This document shows positions 27,355-36,848 of a stretch of 64,000 nt of DNA, one piece after another; the stretch's first letter is position 1; each line of letters starts with the position of its first letter. The position numbers were made by a program, and so were the translations under genes. The notes under the pieces are model-generated. The model was not told where the DNA came from. It searched no databases and saw only the letters and a list, made by a program, of their open reading frames with translations. The stretch comes from a virus (lineage: Duplodnaviria > Caudoviricetes): positions 1 to 64,000 of the IMG/VR virus record IMGVR_UViG_2933279956_000001. One strand, 5' to 3'.

Positions 27355-28910
27355 GCGTCGAGGTCGTCGGGGACGTACTTGTCGACGAGCTCGTCCGGCG
27401 ACTGCACGTTGAGGCCGTGCTCGTCCTTGATGCGCTCGACCTCGGCCCGGATCTGGGTGTCATCCCAGTCGGGGTGCAGCCAGCGCACGCGCGTGTCCGC
27501 GCTCGCTGCCTGCGCCCGGTTGACCATGTCGAGGGTGCGTGAGAGCGCTTCGGGGTCGGGCTGGACACCGTCCGGCCACTCCACCGTCGCCCTCTCCGAC
27601 ACGACCTTGGTGCCGTAGATGGCGTTGTCGACCGCGAGCAGGCATTCGGCCAGCCAGGCGAGACAGGGTGTCCAGTAGCCGATCTTGCGGCCCCGCGTCA
27701 CGAAGCTTTTGCGCTCGCGGGAATGGATCTCCGTCGCCGTCGCTGCCGCCCCTTCACCGGCTTCGCCGAAGCTTTGCACCGAGTAGCCCGCACCTCGAAG
27801 AATTTGCGCCAGCAACGACTTGGCGGTCTGCTGGTGCTCCTCCACCCGGATCGCGAACTGCGACAGGGTGATCATCTGGTTGGAGGAGCCATTCGGCGGC
27901 GGCAGCATCCCCAGCGCCGAGTAGATCTCCCGGTCCGGATCCCACATCGAGCCGCGGCCGCGGCCGGTGTTCTGGAGGAACACCTCGGGGATGATGATGC
28001 GCGCCTTGCCCAGCCGCAGGTCCCGCATCCAGCTAGTCCAGGTTTCGTCGAGGGCGTCCATCAGCGACTCGACGCCGGCGTAGTCGGAGCGGCCCAACGA
28101 GGTGCCGCGCAGGGTTCGGTGCGGGCGCATGTTCGGGACGTAGAAGACGAGCAAGCCCTTGTAGCCGCTGTCGAAGCCGCCGTCGGCGTCGACCATCTCG
28201 GCGAACACCGCGGTGTCCGGGTGCTCGGTCAGCGGGATCTGGATGCCGAGCCGGTCGTCGTCGCCCTCGAACAGGCCGTGGTAGACGCGGCCGGGTTCGT
28301 GCCGTTCAAGGTGACGCCACACGATCTTGTCGTCGGCGCGCACCACCCGCCAGAACGTGACGGCGCGCAGCTGGCCGATGCTGAACTCGGGGACGGCGCA
28401 GTCGGGCGGGAGCGCGTCCACGATGGGGTGGTCGTACAGGTCGGTGTTCCAGCCGACCCGCACGTAGACGCCTCCGTAGGCGGCCGCGAGCTCGGCCGCT
28501 TCCAGCCACACGCCATACGCGCCGGACTCGGCAAGGACCTGCTCCAGGCGGGCCTGACCGGTGGAGCCGCTGACCCGCAGCGTCGGCGGCTCGGAGAACA
28601 GCAGGTCGCCGGAGGTGGCGGCCACGTCGGAGGCGACCGGGACGTGCAACTTCGTGGAGCGGGACTGGCCGGCCGGGATCGGCGTCGACCAGAAGAAGCG
28701 GGCCACCCGGTTGATGAAGCCGCCGCCGAAGGTCAGGGGCCGGTCGTAGCCCTTGAGGTCGAGGCCCACGCTGGGGACGTGGCCGCCGCCGTACACCTCC
28801 GACAGCCGGTCGGGGTCGCCGCTGTACCAGGCGCCCCACGTCTTGTACAGCTTCGTCTCCGCGCGCTGCGACGGAGGCGGCCACTCCTGGTCTCGATCAG
28901 GCAGCGGCAT
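27351..28910 (-). CDS. Portal protein
   Basis: LHVPVASD, LERHEPG, LGRSDY, ALDETWTSWMRDLRLGK, TATEI. Confidence 0.9.
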   Translation of the reverse strand: MPLPDRDQEWPPPSQRAETKLYKTWGAWYSGDPDRLSEVYGGGHVPSVGLDLKGYDRPLTFGGGFINRVARFFWSTPIPAGQSRSTKLHVPVASDVAATSGDLLFSEPPTLRVSGSTGQARLEQVLAESGAYGVWLEAAELAAAYGGVYVRVGWNTDLYDHPIVDALPPDCAVPEFSIGQLRAVTFWRVVRADDKIVWRHLERHEPGRVYHGLFEGDDDRLGIQIPLTEHPDTAVFAEMVDADGGFDSGYKGLLVFYVPNMRPHRTLRGTSLGRSDYAGVESLMDALDETWTSWMRDLRLGKARIIIPEVFLQNTGRGRGSMWDPDREIYSALGMLPPPNGSSNQMITLSQFAIRVEEHQQTAKSLLAQILRGAGYSVQSFGEAGEGAAATATEIHSRERKSFVTRGRKIGYWTPCLAWLAECLLAVDNAIYGTKVVSERATVEWPDGVQPDPEALSRTLDMVNRAQAASADTRVRWLHPDWDDTQIRAEVERIKDEHGLNVQSPDELVDKYVPDDLDA

Positions 28911-28984
28911 TCAGACCTCCTCAACAGGGCAGCGGAACCGCTTCCGAGAACTGCCGGACAGATCCGGGGCTCGGAGCACGTAGG

Positions 28985-29938
28985 TCAGGTGATAGGCACG
29001 AGCCCGGACGGCAGCACGGGCACCTCGTCGCCGCGCGAGACGCGGATCCACGCCTGGTAGGTGCCGTCCGGCAGCGGGGAACTGCTGCCGGGGCCGACGA
29101 GCACGAGGGCCTTCATGCCCTTCTTCGTCGGCTCGCCCCACGTGGCAGGCCGCCAGTCCGACTCGATCGGCTTCACGCCCGGAACAGTGAAGGCGGCCTC
29201 GACGGGTTCGCTGCCGTTGGCGTAGTCGACGGCGAACTCCAGGTGCTCCCGGCTGAGCGAGTTCACTGGGTCCACGGAACCTCTCCTCCCTGCGAAGCGG
29301 ACGGCCCACCTGCGCTGTGGCAGGCCAACCTGCAGTGGCGGACGGCGACGCAGCATGGCGCGGGCCGTGCCGGTCTCAACGGCGCGGTGCAGGACGCCGG
29401 TCTTCGTCGCGGTGAACGCCAGCGCGGTCCCGCTCTCGGTAGCCGCTGCTGTGGGCGCCGTACGGGCGTAGGTGAGCGGCGCGGCCAGACCTGCTGCGGA
29501 AGCGCGGCCGAGCTGGCCGATCTTGACGGCGGTCACCGGCAGCGCCTGGTCGTGCTCGACCAGGCGGTTCACCTGCGCTGTCGAGGTGATCGGGAATGCC
29601 GTCGAGGTTTCGACGGCGACGCCGAGCACGGCGGTCTTCACCGCGGTCATCGGCAGGGCCGTCTGCGTGGACTGCGCTCGGTCGGCCGGTTGCGTCCGCG
29701 CGGCGGCCATGGGCAGCACGGTCCCGGTGTCGGTCGCGGCGGCCAGCGGCCGGGTGATGACCGGGGTCATGGGCAGCGCGGTACCGGTCTCCGCTGCCGC
29801 GGTGAGCGCGGCGGCGTGAGCGGCCGTCAGGGGCAGCGCCGTTGACGTCTCGGCGGCGGGGCCGACCTTGGGCGGTTCAGCGGCGGCCGGGCGGACGATC
29901 AGCGCCCGGTTCGGGAATCCTCGTCCAGCGCGAGCCAA
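28985..29938 (-). CDS. Ala/Thr-repeat protein fused in frame to a small Ig-like ORF (second RBS/GTG at ~29275)
   Basis: Repeated AxETxTALPxT units; C-terminal LVGPG..LPDGTYQAWIRV..EVPV. Confidence 0.6.
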   Translation of the reverse strand: MARAGRGFPNRALIVRPAAAEPPKVGPAAETSTALPLTAAHAAALTAAAETGTALPMTPVITRPLAAATDTGTVLPMAAARTQPADRAQSTQTALPMTAVKTAVLGVAVETSTAFPITSTAQVNRLVEHDQALPVTAVKIGQLGRASAAGLAAPLTYARTAPTAAATESGTALAFTATKTGVLHRAVETGTARAMLRRRPPLQVGLPQRRWAVRFAGRRGSVDPVNSLSREHLEFAVDYANGSEPVEAAFTVPGVKPIESDWRPATWGEPTKKGMKALVLVGPGSSSPLPDGTYQAWIRVSRGDEVPVLPSGLVPIT

Positions 29939-29959
29939 CGCCGCCCCCTCCCGTGGTCG

Positions 29960-31309
29960 TTACCAACTGCCCGCGCGGTGCGCGGCCGGCAGAGCGCCCC
30001 GGGCGGTTCGCGTCCCGGTGCGGGTCGGCAGGACGGACGGGCCGACCTTGTCCGGGCCGAGCGCGAGGTCGTCCAGGTAGTAGGAGGAGGTGGCGTCGCC
30101 CTCCAGGTGGAACTCGACGGTGGCCGGGGGTCCGCCTGGCCAGGTGAGCCCGGTGGCGATCACGTAGTCGTCGTGGTCGGCGGAGTGCGGGTCCAGGTAC
30201 GTCCACGCCTCCACCGCGCCGGCTCCGGCGTCGATGGTGTAGCGGAGCTCGACGCGCGCCCACGCGTTGCTGGGCAGCGGCACGCCGGTGGATGCCACCA
30301 GGGTTGCGGCGGCGTCGGCGTAGATGTGAAGGCGTCCGTCGTCCATCAGGTACGCCTTGGAGACGACGCCGGTGGAGCCGAGGAGGGCGAACAGGCCAAC
30401 GAACCCGCTCGGGACGCCGACACGGTGCACGTACATGCGGACGCCGTACAGCGGGCCGGGCAGCGAGATGTTCGTCCAGTCCAGGTGCGTGTCCGTGCCG
30501 GGGAGCGGGTTCACCACCGACAGGCCGGTGCCGCCGAGCCGTTCCGCGTTGGTGTAGCGGGGCTGCCCGACGACGTTGCCGAAGGCGTTGCCGGTGCCGC
30601 CGGAGTTCGCGGTGGAGACCGTCGCGCCGTTGGTGCCGCCGTCGAAGGTGTTGACCTCGTGACGCGCGGTGCTGCCATCGTCCGGCATGAGCTCGACGAC
30701 GGCGACCGACCATTGCGGGTTGGGCGCGGTGGTCGCGAAGTTCATCGACATGACGGCGTCCCGCCCGGTCGCGGCCGCCGACTTCCGGACAGCGATGCCG
30801 TCCATGGAGGATCCGGCGTCATACGCTTCGCCGACGTCGCTGGAGGAGCAGGCGCCCGCCCCGGAGTAGTCGACGCCGACGCCGGCGGCCCACGTGCCGG
30901 GTTTCGTCGCGGTGTAGCAGACCGGCGTGTAGTCGGCGACGGTGCCGAACCCTTGGAAACGCTTGCCGACCGGGTGGATGGGGTGGACGTCGCGGGCGAC
31001 GAGCACCTTCAAGGCGGCGTCGTCGGTGCCGGTGGCCAGCGTGACCGTGAGCCCGGTCAGGGCGGCCGGTGCCCGCGTGGTGACGATCGCGGCACCGGAG
31101 TTGCCGTCGGTGTTCTGCAGCTGCTTCCTCCACACCAGGCCGGCGCCGACCGCGTTCGTGGTCACGGTGTAGGTGACGTCGCGGATCTCGCTGCCGCACA
31201 GCGCGACGAGCGTCGCCCCGGCCGGCACGTTGAACGCCGCCGTGGTGACGACGCCAGAGGTGTCGGAGAAGACCAGCGGCGGCGACGCGGCGAAGCTGAT
31301 GTCGGCCAC
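29960..31309 (-). CDS. Two-domain beta-sandwich (lectin-like) putative virion protein
   Basis: C-terminal half NTFDGGT..ANSGG..WARVE..YYLDDLA, paralogous to 32337-32999. Confidence 0.65.
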   Translation of the reverse strand: MADISFAASPPLVFSDTSGVVTTAAFNVPAGATLVALCGSEIRDVTYTVTTNAVGAGLVWRKQLQNTDGNSGAAIVTTRAPAALTGLTVTLATGTDDAALKVLVARDVHPIHPVGKRFQGFGTVADYTPVCYTATKPGTWAAGVGVDYSGAGACSSSDVGEAYDAGSSMDGIAVRKSAAATGRDAVMSMNFATTAPNPQWSVAVVELMPDDGSTARHEVNTFDGGTNGATVSTANSGGTGNAFGNVVGQPRYTNAERLGGTGLSVVNPLPGTDTHLDWTNISLPGPLYGVRMYVHRVGVPSGFVGLFALLGSTGVVSKAYLMDDGRLHIYADAAATLVASTGVPLPSNAWARVELRYTIDAGAGAVEAWTYLDPHSADHDDYVIATGLTWPGGPPATVEFHLEGDATSSYYLDDLALGPDKVGPSVLPTRTGTRTARGALPAAHRAGSW

Positions 31310-31327
31310 GACCCCCTCCCCCCGAGG

Positions 31328-31819
31328 TCAGATGCGTTCGACCCACATGCAGGCCGACACGCTGACGGCGGCCGGGAACTTGGCGCGCAGCACGAACCCG
31401 GTCGACGGGGCGCAGTCCGGGGAGTCGCCGAGCGGCAGGTCGTAGACAAGCAGGCCGCCGTTCGGCGTGATCGGGTACGGGTCGATGATCGACAGCACGG
31501 TCGGCTCGGCCGTCCAGGTGTGGGCGGCGGTGAAGCCGGGCGGGATCGGCCTGCCGTACACCTGCTGCGGCGTCACCGCGGTGGAGGCGGTGCCGGGCGC
31601 GTTCGCCGCGAACGTGGCCTGGCACAGCTCGATGTCACCCGGTACGGCTGAGGCGGACACGCCGTACAGGCCGATGCGGATCTTCTTGATCTCCAGCCCG
31701 AACTCGGCGGGCGCGCGGAACCCCAGGACGCTCTTGGCCACATTCGCGGCGAGCGCGACCGGCGTGGTGACGTGGGTGGTGGAGTTGATGGTCGCGACGG
31801 TGTAGCCGGTCTTCGACAT
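31328..31819 (-). CDS. Putative virion structural protein
   Basis: 163 aa, beta-rich, in the terminase-portal block. Confidence 0.6.
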   Translation of the reverse strand: MSKTGYTVATINSTTHVTTPVALAANVAKSVLGFRAPAEFGLEIKKIRIGLYGVSASAVPGDIELCQATFAANAPGTASTAVTPQQVYGRPIPPGFTAAHTWTAEPTVLSIIDPYPITPNGGLLVYDLPLGDSPDCAPSTGFVLRAKFPAAVSVSACMWVERI

Positions 31820-31821
31820 GG

Positions 31822-32295
31822 TCAGGCCGCCTCGAAGAAGCCGAGCGGGTCGATCTGGACGGCGATGTTGTTGCCGTCCGGGGTCATCGTGAAGTCGTGG
31901 CAGGTGAGCGGGATGATCGCCGAGTCCGGCGACGCCGCGGCGGGCCGGTAGGCGATGACGATCTTCGCCCAGGGGCCTCCGGCCGTCTGCACGGCGGTGA
32001 ACGTCTGGTCGGGGATGTCGAGCCGCATCCGGTCGGCGGCGTCGTCGGCCGCGACCGCGTGCAGGTCGACCGCGGCCAGCACCTTGCGGGCGTAGCCCGC
32101 GTTGCCGGCCTCGTTCGTGGCCCCGGCCAGCACGTCGGCCAGGGTGTCCTTGTCCTTCAGGACGGCGTCGGATTCGAGGCCGGTCTCGGCGAGCGCCACC
32201 ACGAGGAGGCTGCTGCCTGCGGGGTCTCCGATCTTGACGCGGTGGTAGAGCTCGGCGATACGGCCGAGCGAGATGTTGAACGCGAAGTTGGCCAC
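31822..32295 (-). CDS. Putative virion structural protein
   Basis: AAGGAGG RBS; MANFAFNISLGR..GYARKVL..IPLTCHDF. Confidence 0.65.
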   Translation of the reverse strand: MANFAFNISLGRIAELYHRVKIGDPAGSSLLVVALAETGLESDAVLKDKDTLADVLAGATNEAGNAGYARKVLAAVDLHAVAADDAADRMRLDIPDQTFTAVQTAGGPWAKIVIAYRPAAASPDSAIIPLTCHDFTMTPDGNNIAVQIDPLGFFEAA

Positions 32296-32336
32296 GCGGC
32301 CTCCTCCTTGGTAGCGGGAAACGGTGACGAGGCCGC

Positions 32337-32999
32337 TCACCAGGAGGCGGCGCGGTGCGCTGCTCCGCTCCTGATCACAGGCTGCGGGCGCAGGTCGTGC
32401 AGGGGGCCGATCCAGCCGGTGTCGGACCAGGCGACGGAGTCGAAGTACCAGGCGGCGTTCGCGTCGTTGCTGCCGCCGTAACGAGCAGCCCGCCAGGTAC
32501 CGCCGCTGGCCACGACTCCGGTCAGCTGGATGGCGGGCGTCTCGCTGTCCGGGTCGGTGTAGATGCGGGCAGTGGCCGTGCTGGAGGCGGACGCCGACGC
32601 CTGCAGCTCCACCCGCATCCAGCCCTCGGGCGTGAACGCCTGCGAGGCAACCCACGTCTCGGCGCTGCCGTTGGAGGAGGTGAGAGCGATGAAGCCGTCG
32701 TTGACGTCAACGCGGATGTAGTTGCCATTGGCCAGGTGCAGGTCGACGAGGCCGAAGGAGTAGTCGCTGGGCCGGTTGTAGGCGCGCACCCAGCGGGTTC
32801 CGGTGCCAGACAGCGGGTGTTCGACCCATCCGGCGTTGAGGGCGGGCACGATCGCGCAGGCGGCGCCCTGCATGCCGGGGGTGGCCGCGTAGGAGGTGTT
32901 GGCGGCCGAGAACGGTGTGCCGCTGGCTCCGCCGGAGTTCGCCGGCGTGATGGAGGTGCCGGGGGTGCCGCCGTCGAAGGTGTTGGCTGCTCCGGCCAC
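32337..32999 (-). CDS. Lectin-like beta-sandwich putative virion protein
   Basis: NTFDGGT..ANSGG, WMRVE, WYFDSVAWSD, ends AAHRAASW. Confidence 0.65.
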   Translation of the reverse strand: MAGAANTFDGGTPGTSITPANSGGASGTPFSAANTSYAATPGMQGAACAIVPALNAGWVEHPLSGTGTRWVRAYNRPSDYSFGLVDLHLANGNYIRVDVNDGFIALTSSNGSAETWVASQAFTPEGWMRVELQASASASSTATARIYTDPDSETPAIQLTGVVASGGTWRAARYGGSNDANAAWYFDSVAWSDTGWIGPLHDLRPQPVIRSGAAHRAASW

Positions 33000-33202
33000 G
33001 GCACCACCGCCTTCCCCTCGGGGCTGGTGCTGCGGGGTGCGGGGCGGGGACTGTGCTGCCCCTCAACAGCAGGTCCTGGCCCCGCACCCCGGGGCGGGCT
33101 CGACGCGGGCCGTACGGGGTGCGGCGGCGGAGCCCGGCTTGGTGCCCGCCCTCCTCCTGTGAAGGTTGGTGCGACCTTGGATAGGCAGGAGGAAGGCGGG
33201 GT

Positions 33203-34495
33203 CTAGTAGGAGGGCACCGGTTCCAGGAGCGGCGCCCAGGCGGCCTGCGTGGTGTGCAGGGCGTATCGGGAGGCGTCGAGGGAGTGGTCGTCAAGCTTGA
33301 CGGGCACGTCGTCGCCTTTCTCGGCCTTCTTGTCGTCCCACGAGTAGCTGCCGACCTCGCTCAGCCAGCCGGTGCAAGAGCGGTGCACGCGCAAGTGGTC
33401 GGCGGCGAGGAGGTTGGAGACGGTGCGGATGCCGTCCATGACCGCGTTGTCGCCCATGGTCGGGTAGAAGCCGGTCCGGTGCAGCTGGGTGATGAAGCTT
33501 GCTGCGGACGGGTCAACGACGAGCCACTCGGCCGAGACGCCGGACGTACCGGGTCCGTAGCTGTCGGGGAAGGTGTCGAGCCAGTGCAGGAGCCGGTCGG
33601 CGTACTCGCTGTCGGTGAGTTGGCGGCGTTCCTTCTTGGAGTCCCACCGCCATTCGCCGGCGAGGTAGACGCGGCGCTGCCCTTCGTGGTCGGGGGTGGA
33701 GACGCCGACCAGGACGGCGGCGAACGGGTTGACGGTGCCGTAGTCGATGCCGACGGACACCCAGCGTTCCATGAGCGGCAGCCGGTCGACGACGTGCCGG
33801 TCGGGGTCGAACATGTCGAAGATCGCGCCTTCGGCCATGCACCACTCGCCGAGCACGTAGCGGCGGTACCACAACCCGGTGTACTCAGATTTGAGGTTGG
33901 CCACGTACAGCGGGTCCAACGACGGGTTGTCGTCGAGGGTGAAGTGCCACCAGGCGAGGTCGAGTTCGCCAGCGCGCAGCAGGAACCTTTTGCGGACCCA
34001 GTGGTTGGGGGCGTCGGGGTTGGTCGTGGCGAAGATCTTGCTGCCGGGGACGCTGCACCTGGCCAGGAGCTGATCCCAGAACGTCTCCGGGATGAGCGTC
34101 GCCTCATCCACGTAAGCGCCCGCGCACGTCATGCCGCGCAACCGAGACTCAGCTCGGACGTCGTTCGCGGAGATGATCTCCACGCGGCGGCCCAGGATGT
34201 TCGCGGTCGGGGCGCCGCGGGTGTACCAGATCTTCTTTGCCACCGGCCCGGTCAACGACGGGTCCATGAGCGGCTCGAACACGTTCCGCGAGATGGTGTC
34301 GATCGTCTTGCCCACGATGACGAGCGAGCCCCCGCGCGGTGCGGTCGCCACGTACATCAGCCACCGCAGCAGGCTCGCGATGGTCTTTCCGGAGCGCACC
34401 GCCCCTGTCCAGATGTTGATGCGGGCGACGGCTTCGCCGATGGAGCGCAGCTGTTTGTCCGACATCGTGACCAGCGCGGCCGCCGCCAAGCTCAT
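33203..34495 (-). CDS. Terminase large subunit (PBSX-like)
   Basis: Walker A GAVRSGKT, Walker B AYVDE, TTNP, GIDYG, DDHSLDASRY. Confidence 0.95.
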   Translation of the reverse strand: MSLAAAALVTMSDKQLRSIGEAVARINIWTGAVRSGKTIASLLRWLMYVATAPRGGSLVIVGKTIDTISRNVFEPLMDPSLTGPVAKKIWYTRGAPTANILGRRVEIISANDVRAESRLRGMTCAGAYVDEATLIPETFWDQLLARCSVPGSKIFATTNPDAPNHWVRKRFLLRAGELDLAWWHFTLDDNPSLDPLYVANLKSEYTGLWYRRYVLGEWCMAEGAIFDMFDPDRHVVDRLPLMERWVSVGIDYGTVNPFAAVLVGVSTPDHEGQRRVYLAGEWRWDSKKERRQLTDSEYADRLLHWLDTFPDSYGPGTSGVSAEWLVVDPSAASFITQLHRTGFYPTMGDNAVMDGIRTVSNLLAADHLRVHRSCTGWLSEVGSYSWDDKKAEKGDDVPVKLDDHSLDASRYALHTTQAAWAPLLEPVPSY

Positions 34496-34980
34496 GGCAT
34501 CACCTCGACCGCCTCGACCTCGACGTCTGCGTGGCCGGCCGTGGGGGCGGGCAGCGCGCTCTTGCCGTTCGCGGCTTGGATCTGCTCGAACAGCACGCCG
34601 AGCAGGGAGATGACGTCGGAGCTTTCGGCGCCGGCGCGGTTGAGCAGGTCGATGCCGAGCAGGCTGCAGCGCTGCTTGATGATGGACTCGGCGCGTTCGA
34701 CGGCTTTCAGGTCGCTCTTCACCGCCTTCGGCCAGACGGCGAGAAGGAGCCGGTCGAGGCGTTCGATCTCCAGCTGCAGCAGTTCCTCGCTGGCGAGCTG
34801 GTCGGCCTTCGCCGCGACCTGTAGGGCGCGCTTGACGTCGTTGGCGGCAGAACCGGAGCTGTCGTAGCCGAGTTCTTCGGCGATAACACGGTACGACATT
34901 CCCGCTTGGCGCATGGTGACGGCCTTTGTCCGCCGCTCATGAATAGGGATGAGCTTTTCCGCCTTCTTATATGTCGCCAT
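34492..34980 (-). CDS. Terminase small subunit (HTH)
   Basis: GMSYRVIAEELGY, ERLDRL, LLGID; overlaps the terL start. Confidence 0.8.
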   Translation of the reverse strand: MATYKKAEKLIPIHERRTKAVTMRQAGMSYRVIAEELGYDSSGSAANDVKRALQVAAKADQLASEELLQLEIERLDRLLLAVWPKAVKSDLKAVERAESIIKQRCSLLGIDLLNRAGAESSDVISLLGVLFEQIQAANGKSALPAPTAGHADVEVEAVEVMP

Positions 34981-35049
34981 GAGGGGAACCCCGAATCAGC
35001 GTCAGAATGACTTATTCCAATATCAAGAAAGGTGCGCTATTCTGCGGAA

Positions 35050-35583
35050 ATGCGCATTCCAAAGATGATCACCGTGAGACAACCGTGGGCGTCACTCAGC
35101 GTTTATGGATATGTGGATAACTCCGGGTCGCTGGCATTCAAGGACGTGGAGAACCGGTCATGGGCTCCCCGCTACCAGGGCCGGTTGCTCATCCACGCGG
35201 GACAGCGTGTTGACCATGAAGGGCTCGACCTCATGGAGAACCTCGGCATCACATTGGCCGGGCCGATGCACCACGGCGTCATCCTCGGCTCCGTTGACGT
35301 CGGCGAGATCATCCGCTCCAGCCCCTCGGTATGGGCTGAGGAGGGCATGTTCCACTGGGTGCAGACCAACCCGACGCCCGCGCGACGCCTCCTTGAGGTG
35401 ACGGGCTTTCAGGGGTTGCGGGACGCTCCGGCCGACTGGGGGCGCGCCTTTACCGCCGCCGACCTGAGTCCCGTTGGGATGCGTCTCAGCCGGGTCCGCG
35501 CTGCTGAAGCGCCAGCGATGGAGCTGCTGCAGCGGCCATCGAGCCCGGCAGATCGTCTCACGGATCTGCTGCGCGGCTTGTAG
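35050..35583 (+). CDS. ASCH-domain protein
   Basis: TVRQPWASL, KDVENRSW, GRLLIHAG, GVILGSV. Confidence 0.85.
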   Translation: MRIPKMITVRQPWASLSVYGYVDNSGSLAFKDVENRSWAPRYQGRLLIHAGQRVDHEGLDLMENLGITLAGPMHHGVILGSVDVGEIIRSSPSVWAEEGMFHWVQTNPTPARRLLEVTGFQGLRDAPADWGRAFTAADLSPVGMRLSRVRAAEAPAMELLQRPSSPADRLTDLLRGL

Positions 35584-36664
35584 CAGGGGCGGCGACGTAC
35601 TCAAACGACGTCACCCCCAGACGGCGCGGATCGAGGGATGTGTGATGCATCCACGTGTGCCGCGAGGAGGTGCCCAGCTTGGTGTCGCGCCGCTGCATCC
35701 GCCAGCGAGGGGATCGACTGCGGTGAGCGATGAGCGCTGGATGCGAGGACACAGCCCGAAGGCGGTATCCCTGCTCGTACAGGTACTGCCCCATCCATTC
35801 CGTCATTCGCCCGCCCAGCCCCAGCCCCTGATAGTCGGGAAGGACCACGGTCCGGTGCGCCATCTTCAGATTCCGTGTGTGCGGGTGCTGAAAATGTCGG
35901 TAGCTGGTGAACGCCGCTAATTCACCATCCACGTATCCGGCGAAACATTGCGCCGACCGATGAAGGTCTGCCGTCAAATAGTGATGACGGCTAAAAGCCG
36001 CCCAGAGGGAGCGGTCCGCTTCCCGGATTTCGAGCCGGAGCGAGGGCCGGGGTTGAACCGACCTCCACGAGAACTCTGCCGACGCCACGTTGTACACCCA
36101 GTCCGGCTGCAGCCAATCGAGGACGTCGTTGTGGCAGGTGACGGCGACCATCTGGCGGCGGCCGCGCCGTACCGCCTTCTGCACCGCGTACGAGGCGACC
36201 TTGGCGACCTGCCGGTCCACCACGGACGTGAACTCGTCGATGACGACCAGGTCCTCACGCTCGGCCAGCGCCCGCGCGAGCATCGCCCGGAACGCTTCCC
36301 CGTTCGACAACGTCTGGTACGGCCGCAGCCACGCCGGCGGCGAGTTCAGGCCTACAGCGCCGAGCAGGCCGACGACGTCCTTGATCGGCATCCCCTTGGG
36401 GAAGTCGTCCACGAGGGCGCGGTCGTGGCTCCACTGCTGCGCGGCCACGACCGCGTCGGGCCACAACGTGCGGGCGATCGTCGTCTTACCCGCCCCGGAC
36501 GGGCCGACGAGCAGGCCAACGTTCCACTCCCGATCTTCGACCGGCAACTCGGCCTGCCACGTAGTGGCCAGCTTGTCCTCGACGGGTACGTCGAACATGC
36601 CTTGCAGCTGGAGGACACGCGCGCTCTTCTTGACGGGGGACGACAATGTGATCTCAGCCCGCAT
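35558..36664 (-). CDS. ABC-type ATPase fused to GNAT (Mom-like) acyltransferase
   Basis: GPSGAGKT, LSNGE, VIDEF, VTCH; then FSRHHYL, RTVVLPDYQGLGLG. Confidence 0.88.
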   Translation of the reverse strand: MRAEITLSSPVKKSARVLQLQGMFDVPVEDKLATTWQAELPVEDREWNVGLLVGPSGAGKTTIARTLWPDAVVAAQQWSHDRALVDDFPKGMPIKDVVGLLGAVGLNSPPAWLRPYQTLSNGEAFRAMLARALAEREDLVVIDEFTSVVDRQVAKVASYAVQKAVRRGRRQMVAVTCHNDVLDWLQPDWVYNVASAEFSWRSVQPRPSLRLEIREADRSLWAAFSRHHYLTADLHRSAQCFAGYVDGELAAFTSYRHFQHPHTRNLKMAHRTVVLPDYQGLGLGGRMTEWMGQYLYEQGYRLRAVSSHPALIAHRSRSPRWRMQRRDTKLGTSSRHTWMHHTSLDPRRLGVTSFEYVAAPATSRAADP

Positions 36665-36689
36665 GCCACCCCCTTTCCGAAGGAGTGAT

Positions 36690-36848
36690 GTGAACCCGTT
36701 TGCCCCATTCGAGCTGTACGTGCGCTGTCGGCGTTGGCACCACACGGGGCCGCTCGGCTGGGAGTGGCCCACCGAGTGCCCGGCTGATGGCTGCGACGAG
36801 CCTGGTGAGCTGCTGCGCAAGCAACGTGTCCGGGAGAAGGTCACATGA
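36690..36848 (+). CDS. Small Cys/His (putative Zn-binding) protein, antisense
   Basis: GAAGGAG RBS plus GTG; VRCRRWHH..ECPADGC. Confidence 0.5.
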   Translation: MNPFAPFELYVRCRRWHHTGPLGWEWPTECPADGCDEPGELLRKQRVREKVT

